Shown: positions 10,683 through 18,997 of the stretch, in pieces
Layout of the letters: each line of letters starts with the position of its first letter
Numbering within the stretch: position 1 is the first letter of the stretch
Made by a program: the position numbers and the translations under genes
Origin: a virus
Taxonomy: Duplodnaviria > Heunggongvirae > Uroviricota > Caudoviricetes
Reading direction: 5' to 3' (one strand)
DNA: 64,000 nucleotides
Virus record (IMG/VR): IMGVR_UViG_3300029288_000054
Coordinates: 32,001-96,000 of that record
Notes under the pieces: generated by a model
Databases searched by the model: none
The model's input: the letters and a program-made list of their open reading frames with translations, nothing else
What the model was told of the DNA's origin: nothing

Positions 10683-10979
10683 CTATTTCTTGTTTTTACA
10701 TCGCTGCTGATTCGCTAATAAGATGGCTTCCGTTTCCATCATTTCCCTTTCAATCTTGTCGAATCGCGTTTTGGCTTCTTTGAATATCTGATGCAGGTTC
10801 TTATCGCCAATAGGTATTATCTTCGGTATCGCCGTGCCTCCGACTGTACAATTTACAGCGACTCTGGCTAGTCGATCAGCTTCCTCCTGATCTTCCGCGA
10901 CACCACCGAAGAAAACGCCCTCGATGTATATCCCTATTTCTTTATCATCGATTGCCTTACCATATATCACTACTAGCAT
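10683..10979 (-). CDS. Hypothetical protein
   Basis: 98-aa ORF with a GAGGA ribosome-binding site. Confidence 0.7.
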   Translation of the reverse strand: MLVVIYGKAIDDKEIGIYIEGVFFGGVAEDQEEADRLARVAVNCTVGGTAIPKIIPIGDKNLHQIFKEAKTRFDKIEREMMETEAILLANQQRCKNKK

Positions 10980-11021
10980 TTACGTTCCTCGCCAAAGTTA
11001 ACTGCCTTGCTCACCCTGTAG

Positions 11022-11513
11022 TCACCTACCAGACGAACCGAAACCAGCTTCTCCTCTTTGATTGTATTCAGTGCTGAATTCATCTACTTCAATAAACGCA
11101 GCACTGTACGTCTTGTGTAAGATGATTTGCGCAATCCTGTCGAATTTCTTGACATGATATTCGACATCCGAAATATTCATCAAACGAACAAACAACAAGC
11201 CTGTGTATGTCGCGTCAATTATGCCGTGGAATGGCGCAACACCAGCGATCCACATGCTTGATCGTCCTTCGACGGTGTAATAATATCCCTTAGGACAAGC
11301 AACGATTATTCCCGTCCTGATATTCTCGGTACTATGTGGCTTGATCGTTACGTCTTCAATCGAGAAGATGTCGTAGCCAGCATCCGTCTCGCGTTTGCGG
11401 TATGGGACTCGTGCTTCTGGATCGACGAGCTTATATTCAAGACGTACGTAATCGATAGGCCATTGACGTAATATTGCTTTGTCGGCGAGAGGAAATACCA
11501 GCGTTGGATTCAT
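11022..11513 (-). CDS. dut: dUTP diphosphatase (trimeric dUTPase)
   Basis: All five motifs present: AGYDI, GRSS, GIIDATYTG, DRIAQ, RGEAGFGSSG. Confidence 0.95.
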   Translation of the reverse strand: MNPTLVFPLADKAILRQWPIDYVRLEYKLVDPEARVPYRKRETDAGYDIFSIEDVTIKPHSTENIRTGIIVACPKGYYYTVEGRSSMWIAGVAPFHGIIDATYTGLLFVRLMNISDVEYHVKKFDRIAQIILHKTYSAAFIEVDEFSTEYNQRGEAGFGSSGR

Positions 11514-11529
11514 TTGTATTTCAGCTTGT

Positions 11530-11895
11530 ATGGATGATATAAATGATTTTGATGTTTCTCAACTGCGATGGTGGCGATGTGTCGCTGCTGATACTGAGGA
11601 TAAAATACAGACCTTCACTGCAGAGATCGACCCGGATCGCGTCTACGCAGAATTCAATAAAATACGACGAGATTTGCAGCAGAAGGGCTGGTGTTTTATC
11701 GAAGCCAAGCCAATCCCAGAAGAAGAGCTTCTAGCAGCAGCAAAATTGTCGAGATTCAAGGCACGCAAACGTGAGCAACTGCGTGGCCTTACTGGGCGGC
11801 ATTACTCTCCGATTTCTCTTTGGCGAGTCGCACTATTTGCTGTGCTATTTGCTTTGCTAGTTCTATGGCTGGCGTATCACCATTTAAGTACTTGA
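11530..11895 (+). CDS. Membrane-anchored protein with a PilC/GspF N-terminal-like segment
   Basis: WRCVAADTEDKIQTFTAE...IRRDLQQKGWCFIEA followed by one C-terminal TM helix. Overlaps the 3' end of tmk on the opposite strand. Confidence 0.5.
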   Translation: MDDINDFDVSQLRWWRCVAADTEDKIQTFTAEIDPDRVYAEFNKIRRDLQQKGWCFIEAKPIPEEELLAAAKLSRFKARKREQLRGLTGRHYSPISLWRVALFAVLFALLVLWLAYHHLST

Positions 11896-12502
11896 TGTGT
11901 TCGAGAGGCACATATCTCGATAGCATCATTAGTGCTTCTGGGCTCAACTTGAGCAGATTATCATACAGGTCGCCGACTCTTTTCAGTAGATCGACGTTGT
12001 GATCATATCTATCAGATTTCGAACGATCAGTCGATTTGTTCATACGCTCGACGATCGTCTCCCATCGATTTGATATGATGAAGACCCTATCTGGTGCAGG
12101 CGATTGCACAAGACCGAGTAATTTGTTAATTGCGGTCAGTTTCAAACCTTCAGACACACCATAGACAATGCAACTGATATAATTCGATCTATCGGCAAGC
12201 ATGACACCGCCTTGCTCAAGGTGCGGTATTAACTGGGTGTTGACGAAACAACTATGGTCCACCATCATCATCATTTGGACCGACATACTATCGATTTCGA
12301 TTGGTGGTCCGCTTGGTGTAGAGAATAGTTCCGGTTGTTTGACGAGCTTACGTAGGTGTTTGCCGAGCGGCGTAGCTCCAGGATGATGAGTGAGAATGCA
12401 ATTTAGCTCTGTGTTTTTCAGTTCCTCAACAACCATATGGGCCAGAGTCGATTTTCCTGAATAATCCATCCCCTCGAATACGATATACAATCCTTGATGC
12501 AT
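11789..12502 (-). CDS. tmk: Thymidylate kinase
   Basis: IVFEGMDYSGKST P-loop, THHPGATPLG, LADR..S..VYG, PD. Confidence 0.9.
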   Translation of the reverse strand: MHQGLYIVFEGMDYSGKSTLAHMVVEELKNTELNCILTHHPGATPLGKHLRKLVKQPELFSTPSGPPIEIDSMSVQMMMMVDHSCFVNTQLIPHLEQGGVMLADRSNYISCIVYGVSEGLKLTAINKLLGLVQSPAPDRVFIISNRWETIVERMNKSTDRSKSDRYDHNVDLLKRVGDLYDNLLKLSPEALMMLSRYVPLEHIKYLNGDTPAIELAKQIAQQIVRLAKEKSESNAAQ

Positions 12503-12554
12503 TTTTCTCTTCTACTTGTATGGTTAGCGGTGCCGTTTCTTTTCCAATACGCGG

Positions 12555-12980
12555 CTAGATCTCAGGATTCTTTACCTTAGGTCTTGGATTCTTGGCGACT
12601 GCGATTACTCGGCGGTCACGCCATTCAGTTTCCAAGAAAATCGCATCACCCCTAGCAACTTTTAGTTTATTAATTAGGACTTGTGATCTAGCTGCACACC
12701 GATATAAGACTTTCAAATATGCCGCCAGTTCTTTTGGCGGCTTCTTACCAGCAAGCTTCTGGATTTGACCAACTAATATCCATAGATCCTTTTGGAGCTG
12801 TTGCGTCTTACAGATGGCGTCACCGCTGGTGACATAGTACATCTCTGGATTGAGTGTAGGTACATTAGATAACCCGAATTCAGCCGGGTCAATATGATCG
12901 AGATGGTCGTATATCTTTATTTCAAAGACAGTGCATGATTCGTCATAATCACCACCAATCGGCACTGGCTCTATATACAT
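12555..12980 (-). CDS. Hypothetical protein
   Basis: 141-aa ORF in operon arrangement. Confidence 0.65.
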   Translation of the reverse strand: MYIEPVPIGGDYDESCTVFEIKIYDHLDHIDPAEFGLSNVPTLNPEMYYVTSGDAICKTQQLQKDLWILVGQIQKLAGKKPPKELAAYLKVLYRCAARSQVLINKLKVARGDAIFLETEWRDRRVIAVAKNPRPKVKNPEI

Positions 12981-12982
12981 AA

Positions 12983-13216
12983 TTACTGTTGTCTCGCTAC
13001 GTATTCTTCTAGATATTCAGGAGTCAGGCCATTGCGTTCCATTAGCGTAGGATGTGCTAGATAGAATTGAGCAGTACACAAGCCCGGATGTACGCGATAG
13101 AACTGACCGTCAAGTAAGACGACCATACAATTTGCAGCATCTTTACCGCATTGAGAACATGCTGTTGGAATAACGTCAGCAACCGGTGCCGGATCAGTTT
13201 TATCATTTATATCCAT
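12983..13216 (-). CDS. Small Cys/His putative metal-binding protein
   Basis: CSQCG...HPGLC, with a GAGGA ribosome-binding site. Confidence 0.6.
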   Translation of the reverse strand: MDINDKTDPAPVADVIPTACSQCGKDAANCMVVLLDGQFYRVHPGLCTAQFYLAHPTLMERNGLTPEYLEEYVARQQ

Positions 13217-13271
13217 ATAATCCTCGCTAGATCGCCAATGTATTATTTACTATTCAGAACTAGACAGAGTA

Positions 13272-14237
13272 TTACCGATTACCCTGTCTAAAGGTTTCGT
13301 TCCGACCGCCACCGCTACCACTTGTTGGTCTGCGCTTGGTCGGAGGCTCGACATTACCGAACATCGCTTCGATATTGGAACCTGTTGCATCTGCTAATTT
13401 TAACGCTGCACCAAGACTAGGAACACGCCCACCTTTCTTATTAGTGGCATGTTTATAGCGACTGATTGTAGATGGATGTACGCCGACTTCATCGGCAACT
13501 TCTTCTTGTGTCTTCCCGGCTCTTTCCAAGGCAGATACAACTTCCGGCACGTTCTTATATTTTGATCTAGCCTTCTGTTCTATCTCTTTGTGCCCATAAC
13601 GTCGTGGCGGAGCACCATCGTCTTCTGTAATAGTCCCCTCGATTTTATTCCAGCAACCAAGCAATTTGCTGGTATGGACTTCAAATGCTTTAGGCGCTTT
13701 GCTGAAGTCTGTTTCTTGGACCGTTATATCGGACGTTGGCACAAGCATCGCCTTTTCGTTGGTGATGCTATACAGGACATACTCGCCTTGTGGAATTCCG
13801 ATGCCTTGTGAGACTAATCTGTTAACATTCAGGACGACGCCTTCCGTCAGATATTGCGAGAACTGATTCTTGTCGTCAAAACGGCAGGGAGATGACGTAA
13901 TGCGCATCATCTCCTCTAGAGCCAACTGTGTGTTGTCGTCATTGAATCTGGCATGAGCCGTGACTGGCTCCAAGGCTCGATTCAATTTCTTTTCTAGAGT
14001 TGTTGATAGCATCGCTTTGTCCTCTCGCATGTGGCCCCAGGATAATTCCTTAGGCAGAGTAGATGTCTTTTTGATACTGTGAATTCCTGGGAGACCGGGC
14101 TCATTCACATCACCAAGACCTGTTGGATCTTTCTTCGGTGTGCGATATTCTGGTTCCCACGGAGTCGCCTTCTTAGACTTACGCTTCTTGCCGTCTGGTT
14201 GTCTTACTAGACTTAGCATACGATAGACCGTCTCCAC
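13272..14237 (-). CDS. Protein with a C-terminal XRE/Cro-type HTH
   Basis: AGKTQEEVADEVGVHPSTISRY...RVPSLGAALKLA. The N-terminal part carries LTEG/ITED sites. Confidence 0.75.
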   Translation of the reverse strand: METVYRMLSLVRQPDGKKRKSKKATPWEPEYRTPKKDPTGLGDVNEPGLPGIHSIKKTSTLPKELSWGHMREDKAMLSTTLEKKLNRALEPVTAHARFNDDNTQLALEEMMRITSSPCRFDDKNQFSQYLTEGVVLNVNRLVSQGIGIPQGEYVLYSITNEKAMLVPTSDITVQETDFSKAPKAFEVHTSKLLGCWNKIEGTITEDDGAPPRRYGHKEIEQKARSKYKNVPEVVSALERAGKTQEEVADEVGVHPSTISRYKHATNKKGGRVPSLGAALKLADATGSNIEAMFGNVEPPTKRRPTSGSGGGRNETFRQGNR

Positions 14238-14282
14238 ATATAATTTTGACCATTGGTTAAAATCGGATTAACAAATATACGT

Positions 14283-14633
14283 ATGGAACTGTGCCTTGTG
14301 ATACCCACAAATTCATTGGAGACGATGATGAATGGAACCATCGACCTTGTAGTAGTTATTCCCGACGTACTCAAGACATCTAATATAATTACTCGTGAAT
14401 TACAGGTGCTAGCAGATGGTGTACCGGTCGCAACGCTTGATGCTTCTGATAAGGGTCAAGTCGAAATTAATAATTTGCAGGTGTATGATAGCACAACTAT
14501 AACTATAGAAATGCGTGGTATCTATGATACTGGTGCGATGTCGGCACCATTGGTCCATGAATTCATTATTCTTGATGGAATTCCAGAGCCTCGATCAGAA
14601 TTATTTAACACCATAATCTTGAAGAGACCATAA
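14283..14633 (+). CDS. Hypothetical (Ig-like beta-sandwich possible)
   Basis: ATG at 14283 directly follows the CAAATATAC motif. Beta-rich. Confidence 0.55.
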   Translation: MELCLVIPTNSLETMMNGTIDLVVVIPDVLKTSNIITRELQVLADGVPVATLDASDKGQVEINNLQVYDSTTITIEMRGIYDTGAMSAPLVHEFIILDGIPEPRSELFNTIILKRP

Positions 14634-14634
14634 C

Positions 14635-15048
14635 ATGCGACTAAGTTTACTTACTGAAGGTATAGACGATTTTACTGCTGCTGTAGGTATAGTGCGATGC
14701 CATAACAAATGGCTGTTGGGGCTGTCGAAATCGGAAGACGATAGAGGCGGAAAATGGTGTTTTCCGGGTGGCGGCATCAAGCCAGGTGAGACACCAGAGA
14801 AAGCGGCTGTTAGAGAGACTAGAGAAGAAACTGGCGTAAAATGTCACTATGTCTCTGGTCCTATTAAGGACAAACGCAAGGGTTTCGTCGCTTTTGTACC
14901 TTGCAGCACCAATACTACTGATTTTAAGACACTTAAGCCCAACCACGAATTTGCATCGTTGGGATTCTTCACCATTAAAGAGATGAAGGGCTTGAAGCTA
15001 TACGGCAATGTGCTGGACCTGATAGAAAGAGCTAAACGCCGATACTAG
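14635..15048 (+). CDS. NUDIX hydrolase
   Basis: Nudix box [24 protein letters not shown]-terminus MRLSLLTE-G. Confidence 0.92.
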   Translation: MRLSLLTEGIDDFTAAVGIVRCHNKWLLGLSKSEDDRGGKWCFPGGGIKPGETPEKAAVRETREETGVKCHYVSGPIKDKRKGFVAFVPCSTNTTDFKTLKPNHEFASLGFFTIKEMKGLKLYGNVLDLIERAKRRY

Positions 15049-15257
15049 TCCCTTGGCGGGAACCACGGCGGTAGTAAGTAATGCCATAGTTTGACTTTGA
15101 AGTACCCTATATGCAAACTCCAATGCCATAATGATGGTTTGATATAACTAGTCCAAGTACCGTTTAGCTTTCTGCCTTCCGATGAGATTATATCAGTTCT
15201 GAAAGCCTCTTCAGGGATTTTGAGCTTGCCGCAGAATTTTTCTTGGTCAGTACTCAT
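15045..15257 (-). CDS. Hypothetical protein
   Basis: Coupled to the upstream gene by an ATGA overlap. Confidence 0.5.
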   Translation of the reverse strand: MSTDQEKFCGKLKIPEEAFRTDIISSEGRKLNGTWTSYIKPSLWHWSLHIGYFKVKLWHYLLPPWFPPRD

Positions 15258-15481
15258 ATTGGGTCGAAGTCCGTGAAATCCCGTTCTTCTTCATATTCTT
15301 CGTCATCGCCGTTTAGCTTATCAACATAAAAGCTGACGTTTTCGCATGTTTCTTTTGTGACCCCTTCACTACTGCCAAATACCAACGAGAAATCTTCACG
15401 TTGATTATGTGCTATTACTGATACTTCAGCTTCTTGGTTATATTGGCGCAATTGTTCTATTAAGTCTTTGAGCTTTCTCAT
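15254..15481 (-). CDS. Hypothetical protein (common phage MxxxxLIExL..Y family)
   Basis: MRKLKDLIEQLRQYNQEAEV, with an ATGA overlap. Confidence 0.65.
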   Translation of the reverse strand: MRKLKDLIEQLRQYNQEAEVSVIAHNQREDFSLVFGSSEGVTKETCENVSFYVDKLNGDDEEYEEERDFTDFDPI

Positions 15482-16392
15482 AGTATTCTCGATTCCATCG
15501 CTGTTTGATGTAATATGTCTTTATTGATGCCCATTGCTTCGGCTAGGGCATATTCCGTCTGTATAGTGCAATTAAACTGTATTGGGTCGTCTGCACCAAG
15601 AGTAATCTTGCAACCGGACGCCTGCATTTTCTTTGCTGGATGCTTCATCAGCGCTATAGTATGTGTGCAGATATTGCTATGGATGGACATATCGAATACA
15701 ATACCTAGTCGCATAGCTTCTTTCTGCTGGTCCTCTGTGGCATAGATGCCATGGGCTATCCTGTTTATCCCCATCTCATGTATAGCTTTACTTATATTGG
15801 CTGCTGTGCCCGGTCTTTCGCCAACATGAGCACGAATTGTTTTACCTTTTTTCCGCCACGGTTCAAGTGGCTCCATATAATTAGACCAATTAGCGACAGA
15901 CTCATCACCAACAAAGTCGATCCCTACCATGAATCTGTCGAGCGTCTTTATGAGGCCGATAGCCCGCATCTGCAGTTCTATTGGCCAGCCGTAGCTAACA
16001 GATAACAGATAATTGATATCAACACCAATCTCTTGGGCTGCTATGTTGAATATGCTGAAGAAACGATCACCAGCAGCAGACAATTTGCCCGACCTAGCGA
16101 ATTTATTCAGAGATACGGTAAGTGTGGCGTGCTCAATTTGCTCTGCTTTTATATCTGAACAGACTTGATGAGCTACAAGGTTAAGAGCCCAATCATCCCA
16201 CCGGAGCTTATTAAGAATGTCGAACCTAGTGCAGAAATATTCGAAGTCGCCGTCATCACGCATCAGACGTACTTGTTGCTGGACGTCAAAGAGTGAGTCG
16301 GCAACCCCAAATCCATCCGAGTTCCTAATAATCTCCCAAATAGTTTCTGGGCTGATAGAACCTGCTAAGTGACGATGTGACTCTACAAACAT
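15478..16392 (-). CDS. Adenosine/AMP deaminase family protein
   Basis: HRHLAGS, GIDFVGDE, HVGE, RIAHG, ADDP: metal and catalytic residues present. Start reassigned to MFVESH. Confidence 0.88.
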   Translation of the reverse strand: MFVESHRHLAGSISPETIWEIIRNSDGFGVADSLFDVQQQVRLMRDDGDFEYFCTRFDILNKLRWDDWALNLVAHQVCSDIKAEQIEHATLTVSLNKFARSGKLSAAGDRFFSIFNIAAQEIGVDINYLLSVSYGWPIELQMRAIGLIKTLDRFMVGIDFVGDESVANWSNYMEPLEPWRKKGKTIRAHVGERPGTAANISKAIHEMGINRIAHGIYATEDQQKEAMRLGIVFDMSIHSNICTHTIALMKHPAKKMQASGCKITLGADDPIQFNCTIQTEYALAEAMGINKDILHQTAMESRIL

Positions 16393-16504
16393 TATCGATG
16401 TTTTGGCTAAGGTTAGACATTGTATGTAATTATAAGATACTGCCGATAGTTTCACCCATAGCGGCCAAATATAATGGGGTGGCTACCTGCCTATCAGATA
16501 GGAA

Positions 16505-18997
16505 ATGATTATGAATATTTTGGAGCGCATCGATTCCGCATTCAATAAAAAACTTATTAACGAAGCTGGCCCTATGAAAGAAAAGGGCCAGCCTGGTGAG
16601 GTCATTGATATGACTGACCAAACAGCTAGAATGTACGGGCTATCAAATTGCAGAGGTCCGAATATTGGCTGGGATGATTATGCTGCTGGAAGAGATTATC
16701 AACCTCCAATGCACTTCGAGGCTGGGTCGAACGTTGAGATAGGCCCGAAAGACACAGGAAAGGATGGGGTACTGGTCCCCGGTGATTATAATGAGGTAAA
16801 ATTCATCGGACCAAATCCGTACAGCGTCAACCATGGTGGTATTAGGCCGTGGTCGAAGGGCGAAATAATAGCCACTCTTATATATGACGGAGACGATGAA
16901 GAAGGAGAGGGTGGACCGAACGGTTTATTGCGTATGCTTGCCAAACAAAAAGGCAGAATAACAAAAGCCTCAGAGGCAATGGCTGGTAAGGAAGAGCGCG
17001 ACGAAAACGATGTCAGAGATTCTGTGATGCTCGGTGCCATGGCGGTTCTGCAGATGTTACCAAAAGACGAGAATCGACCAGGAACAAGATTTACCGCATT
17101 TGTCGGAAATTGGATTGAGCAGGCCATGTTTGCTGGAACTCCTCCTGGATACTCTGACGAATACAGACGAACCAGGGGACTGAGAAGCAGAGTTGAACCG
17201 GCTGTGAAGAACGCTATATTAGCCGCTCGACAGGGCAAACCGATGGATGAAGCGCTTCGTGATGTGCAGGATAAGTTCGACGAATTATATAGATGTCCAG
17301 CTTGTAAGGGGACCGGGACCATAACGGGCTTGAAGAAGGAACCAGTTCTCGACGCCAGCGGGAACGACACAGGTTTTAAAAAGGTTGTCAAGACAAAGAA
17401 TGGAAAAACTATTCCCGAAAACCAGCCATGCGAAAAATGTGGTGGCAAAGGGACTACTAAGCATATAGAAAAAGGCCCCAATCACCCATTTGGTAAGCTA
17501 TTGCCCAAATTAGAAGAGGTAAGAAATTACGTTATTCGTGCTATAACATCTGGGAGCCCAAAAGCTATCGAGGACGCTTATAAGAAAATGGAGACCAAAT
17601 TTGAAGAGATTAAAGAAGAAGGGGAAATATTTTCATCTGGAGGCATTACTACTACAGGCTCTGTTGGCAAGAAAGCCCGTGAACACGGGGCCTTGAATAC
17701 TTATAAGAGAGCATCGAAACTCTTGAATAAGCAGAGGGAGTTAGCCGAGAAAGCGATTAGAGAACTACAAGAAGGTAATGCCGAAGAGTTGGACAAGCTT
17801 GCAAACGAGGCCGGTAGACAGTGGAAAGCCTTCAAAACACCGAAACATAAAAAATGGATTCCAGACCCCAATATCGCTCCAGAAGATCAAAAAGAGCCAG
17901 TATACGTTTCGCCGTACGAAAAACCACAAAAAGCACTGCGTGGCGTTAGGGGTTCGATAGGGTTGGCAGCTATCACTACAGAGCTAATTAGGGCACTACA
18001 GAGCAAAAACGAAGAACAAATAAGAAAATTCATTACCATGAGCCAAGACGAAGAGCGACTGATTCGCGACAGAGAACAGGTGAAGTTACAATCATCAAAA
18101 GCCACTCAACTTGATGTTGGTGGTGGTGACGATGACGATGAGGAAGAGCGGTCTGATTTTGCCGATGTCGGCCAGGCGACTAGTGCAATCACTCAGAAAT
18201 ACCGCGAAATCATCACCATGGCCATGGCAAGACTATCGCCGTATCGTGACGATTCGCTCGAACGCAAGGAGCGTGCTTCGATAGCGAATAAGACGCTGGA
18301 CGGTATTAAATCTGCTATTGACGTCTACTTGAAAACGAAAGCAGGCGGGCAGGATACGTCCAATGCAGTCATGGCTATCGAGAATTTGCCGAAAAATCTG
18401 AATCCAAGCCTCGGCGACGAATGGAAAGAAGAAATCGCCGAAGTATTGCGCAACCTAAATGGTGCCATCGAAATGGGCGATGGCTTTAAAGAGATCAAAC
18501 GCGACATTGCCGATCTACAGAAGGTAGCGAAAGAAGATACAAGACTCGTTGCACCAGAGGGTTCTCTTACTCCACAAGAATACCGAATAGCGCTTCGATT
18601 GTACGGTATTAGTGATTACCCTGAAAAAGGCACACCACAGGACCCAGAAATCGACGAACAAGGAAGGAAGTCGAAGTGGGCTGAAGCTGGATATCCACTA
18701 GTCGGTCAAAAGCAGATAGGTAAAGAACAGAACGTATATCTATGGACCGACGTTTTTGAAACGACTGATGAAAATGGTGATCCGGTTCCGTCAGTGTCTA
18801 GTGCTCGGATCTCAAAAGTGAGAGGCAGCGCTGAATTCAAGATTGGCGATCTTGCCCGTCAATTGAAGCAGCAAATAGGAGAAGAATTCGGATATGATTC
18901 AGTCGACTACCAAATCATATCCGAATTTTACATATCCTATTGCCGCATGATAGTTGAAGAAGCTGTTCCTGGTAGCTTAAAGCTGATCTACGGCTAA
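16505..18997 (+). CDS. Giant sigma70-family RNA polymerase sigma factor with an inserted DnaJ-type zinc finger
   Basis: Region 2: NGLLRMLAKQ..DSVMLGAMAVL..RPGTRFTAFVGNWIEQAM. Region 3.2: QLDVGGGDDDDEEERSDFAD. Region 4: LTPQEYRIALRLYGI..VSSARISKVRGSAEFKI. Zn finger: CPACKGTG..CEKCGGKG. Confidence 0.72.
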   Translation: MIMNILERIDSAFNKKLINEAGPMKEKGQPGEVIDMTDQTARMYGLSNCRGPNIGWDDYAAGRDYQPPMHFEAGSNVEIGPKDTGKDGVLVPGDYNEVKFIGPNPYSVNHGGIRPWSKGEIIATLIYDGDDEEGEGGPNGLLRMLAKQKGRITKASEAMAGKEERDENDVRDSVMLGAMAVLQMLPKDENRPGTRFTAFVGNWIEQAMFAGTPPGYSDEYRRTRGLRSRVEPAVKNAILAARQGKPMDEALRDVQDKFDELYRCPACKGTGTITGLKKEPVLDASGNDTGFKKVVKTKNGKTIPENQPCEKCGGKGTTKHIEKGPNHPFGKLLPKLEEVRNYVIRAITSGSPKAIEDAYKKMETKFEEIKEEGEIFSSGGITTTGSVGKKAREHGALNTYKRASKLLNKQRELAEKAIRELQEGNAEELDKLANEAGRQWKAFKTPKHKKWIPDPNIAPEDQKEPVYVSPYEKPQKALRGVRGSIGLAAITTELIRALQSKNEEQIRKFITMSQDEERLIRDREQVKLQSSKATQLDVGGGDDDDEEERSDFADVGQATSAITQKYREIITMAMARLSPYRDDSLERKERASIANKTLDGIKSAIDVYLKTKAGGQDTSNAVMAIENLPKNLNPSLGDEWKEEIAEVLRNLNGAIEMGDGFKEIKRDIADLQKVAKEDTRLVAPEGSLTPQEYRIALRLYGISDYPEKGTPQDPEIDEQGRKSKWAEAGYPLVGQKQIGKEQNVYLWTDVFETTDENGDPVPSVSSARISKVRGSAEFKIGDLARQLKQQIGEEFGYDSVDYQIISEFYISYCRMIVEEAVPGSLKLIYG

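Noticed and set aside
15478-16455. RADAR defence system
   Set aside because: The deaminase is a compact ~300-aa enzyme and no RdrA-like ATPase is adjacent.
17290-17455. DnaJ chaperone call for 16505-18997
   Set aside because: Only two CxxCxGxG repeats, no HPD J-domain, and the surrounding motifs match sigma70.
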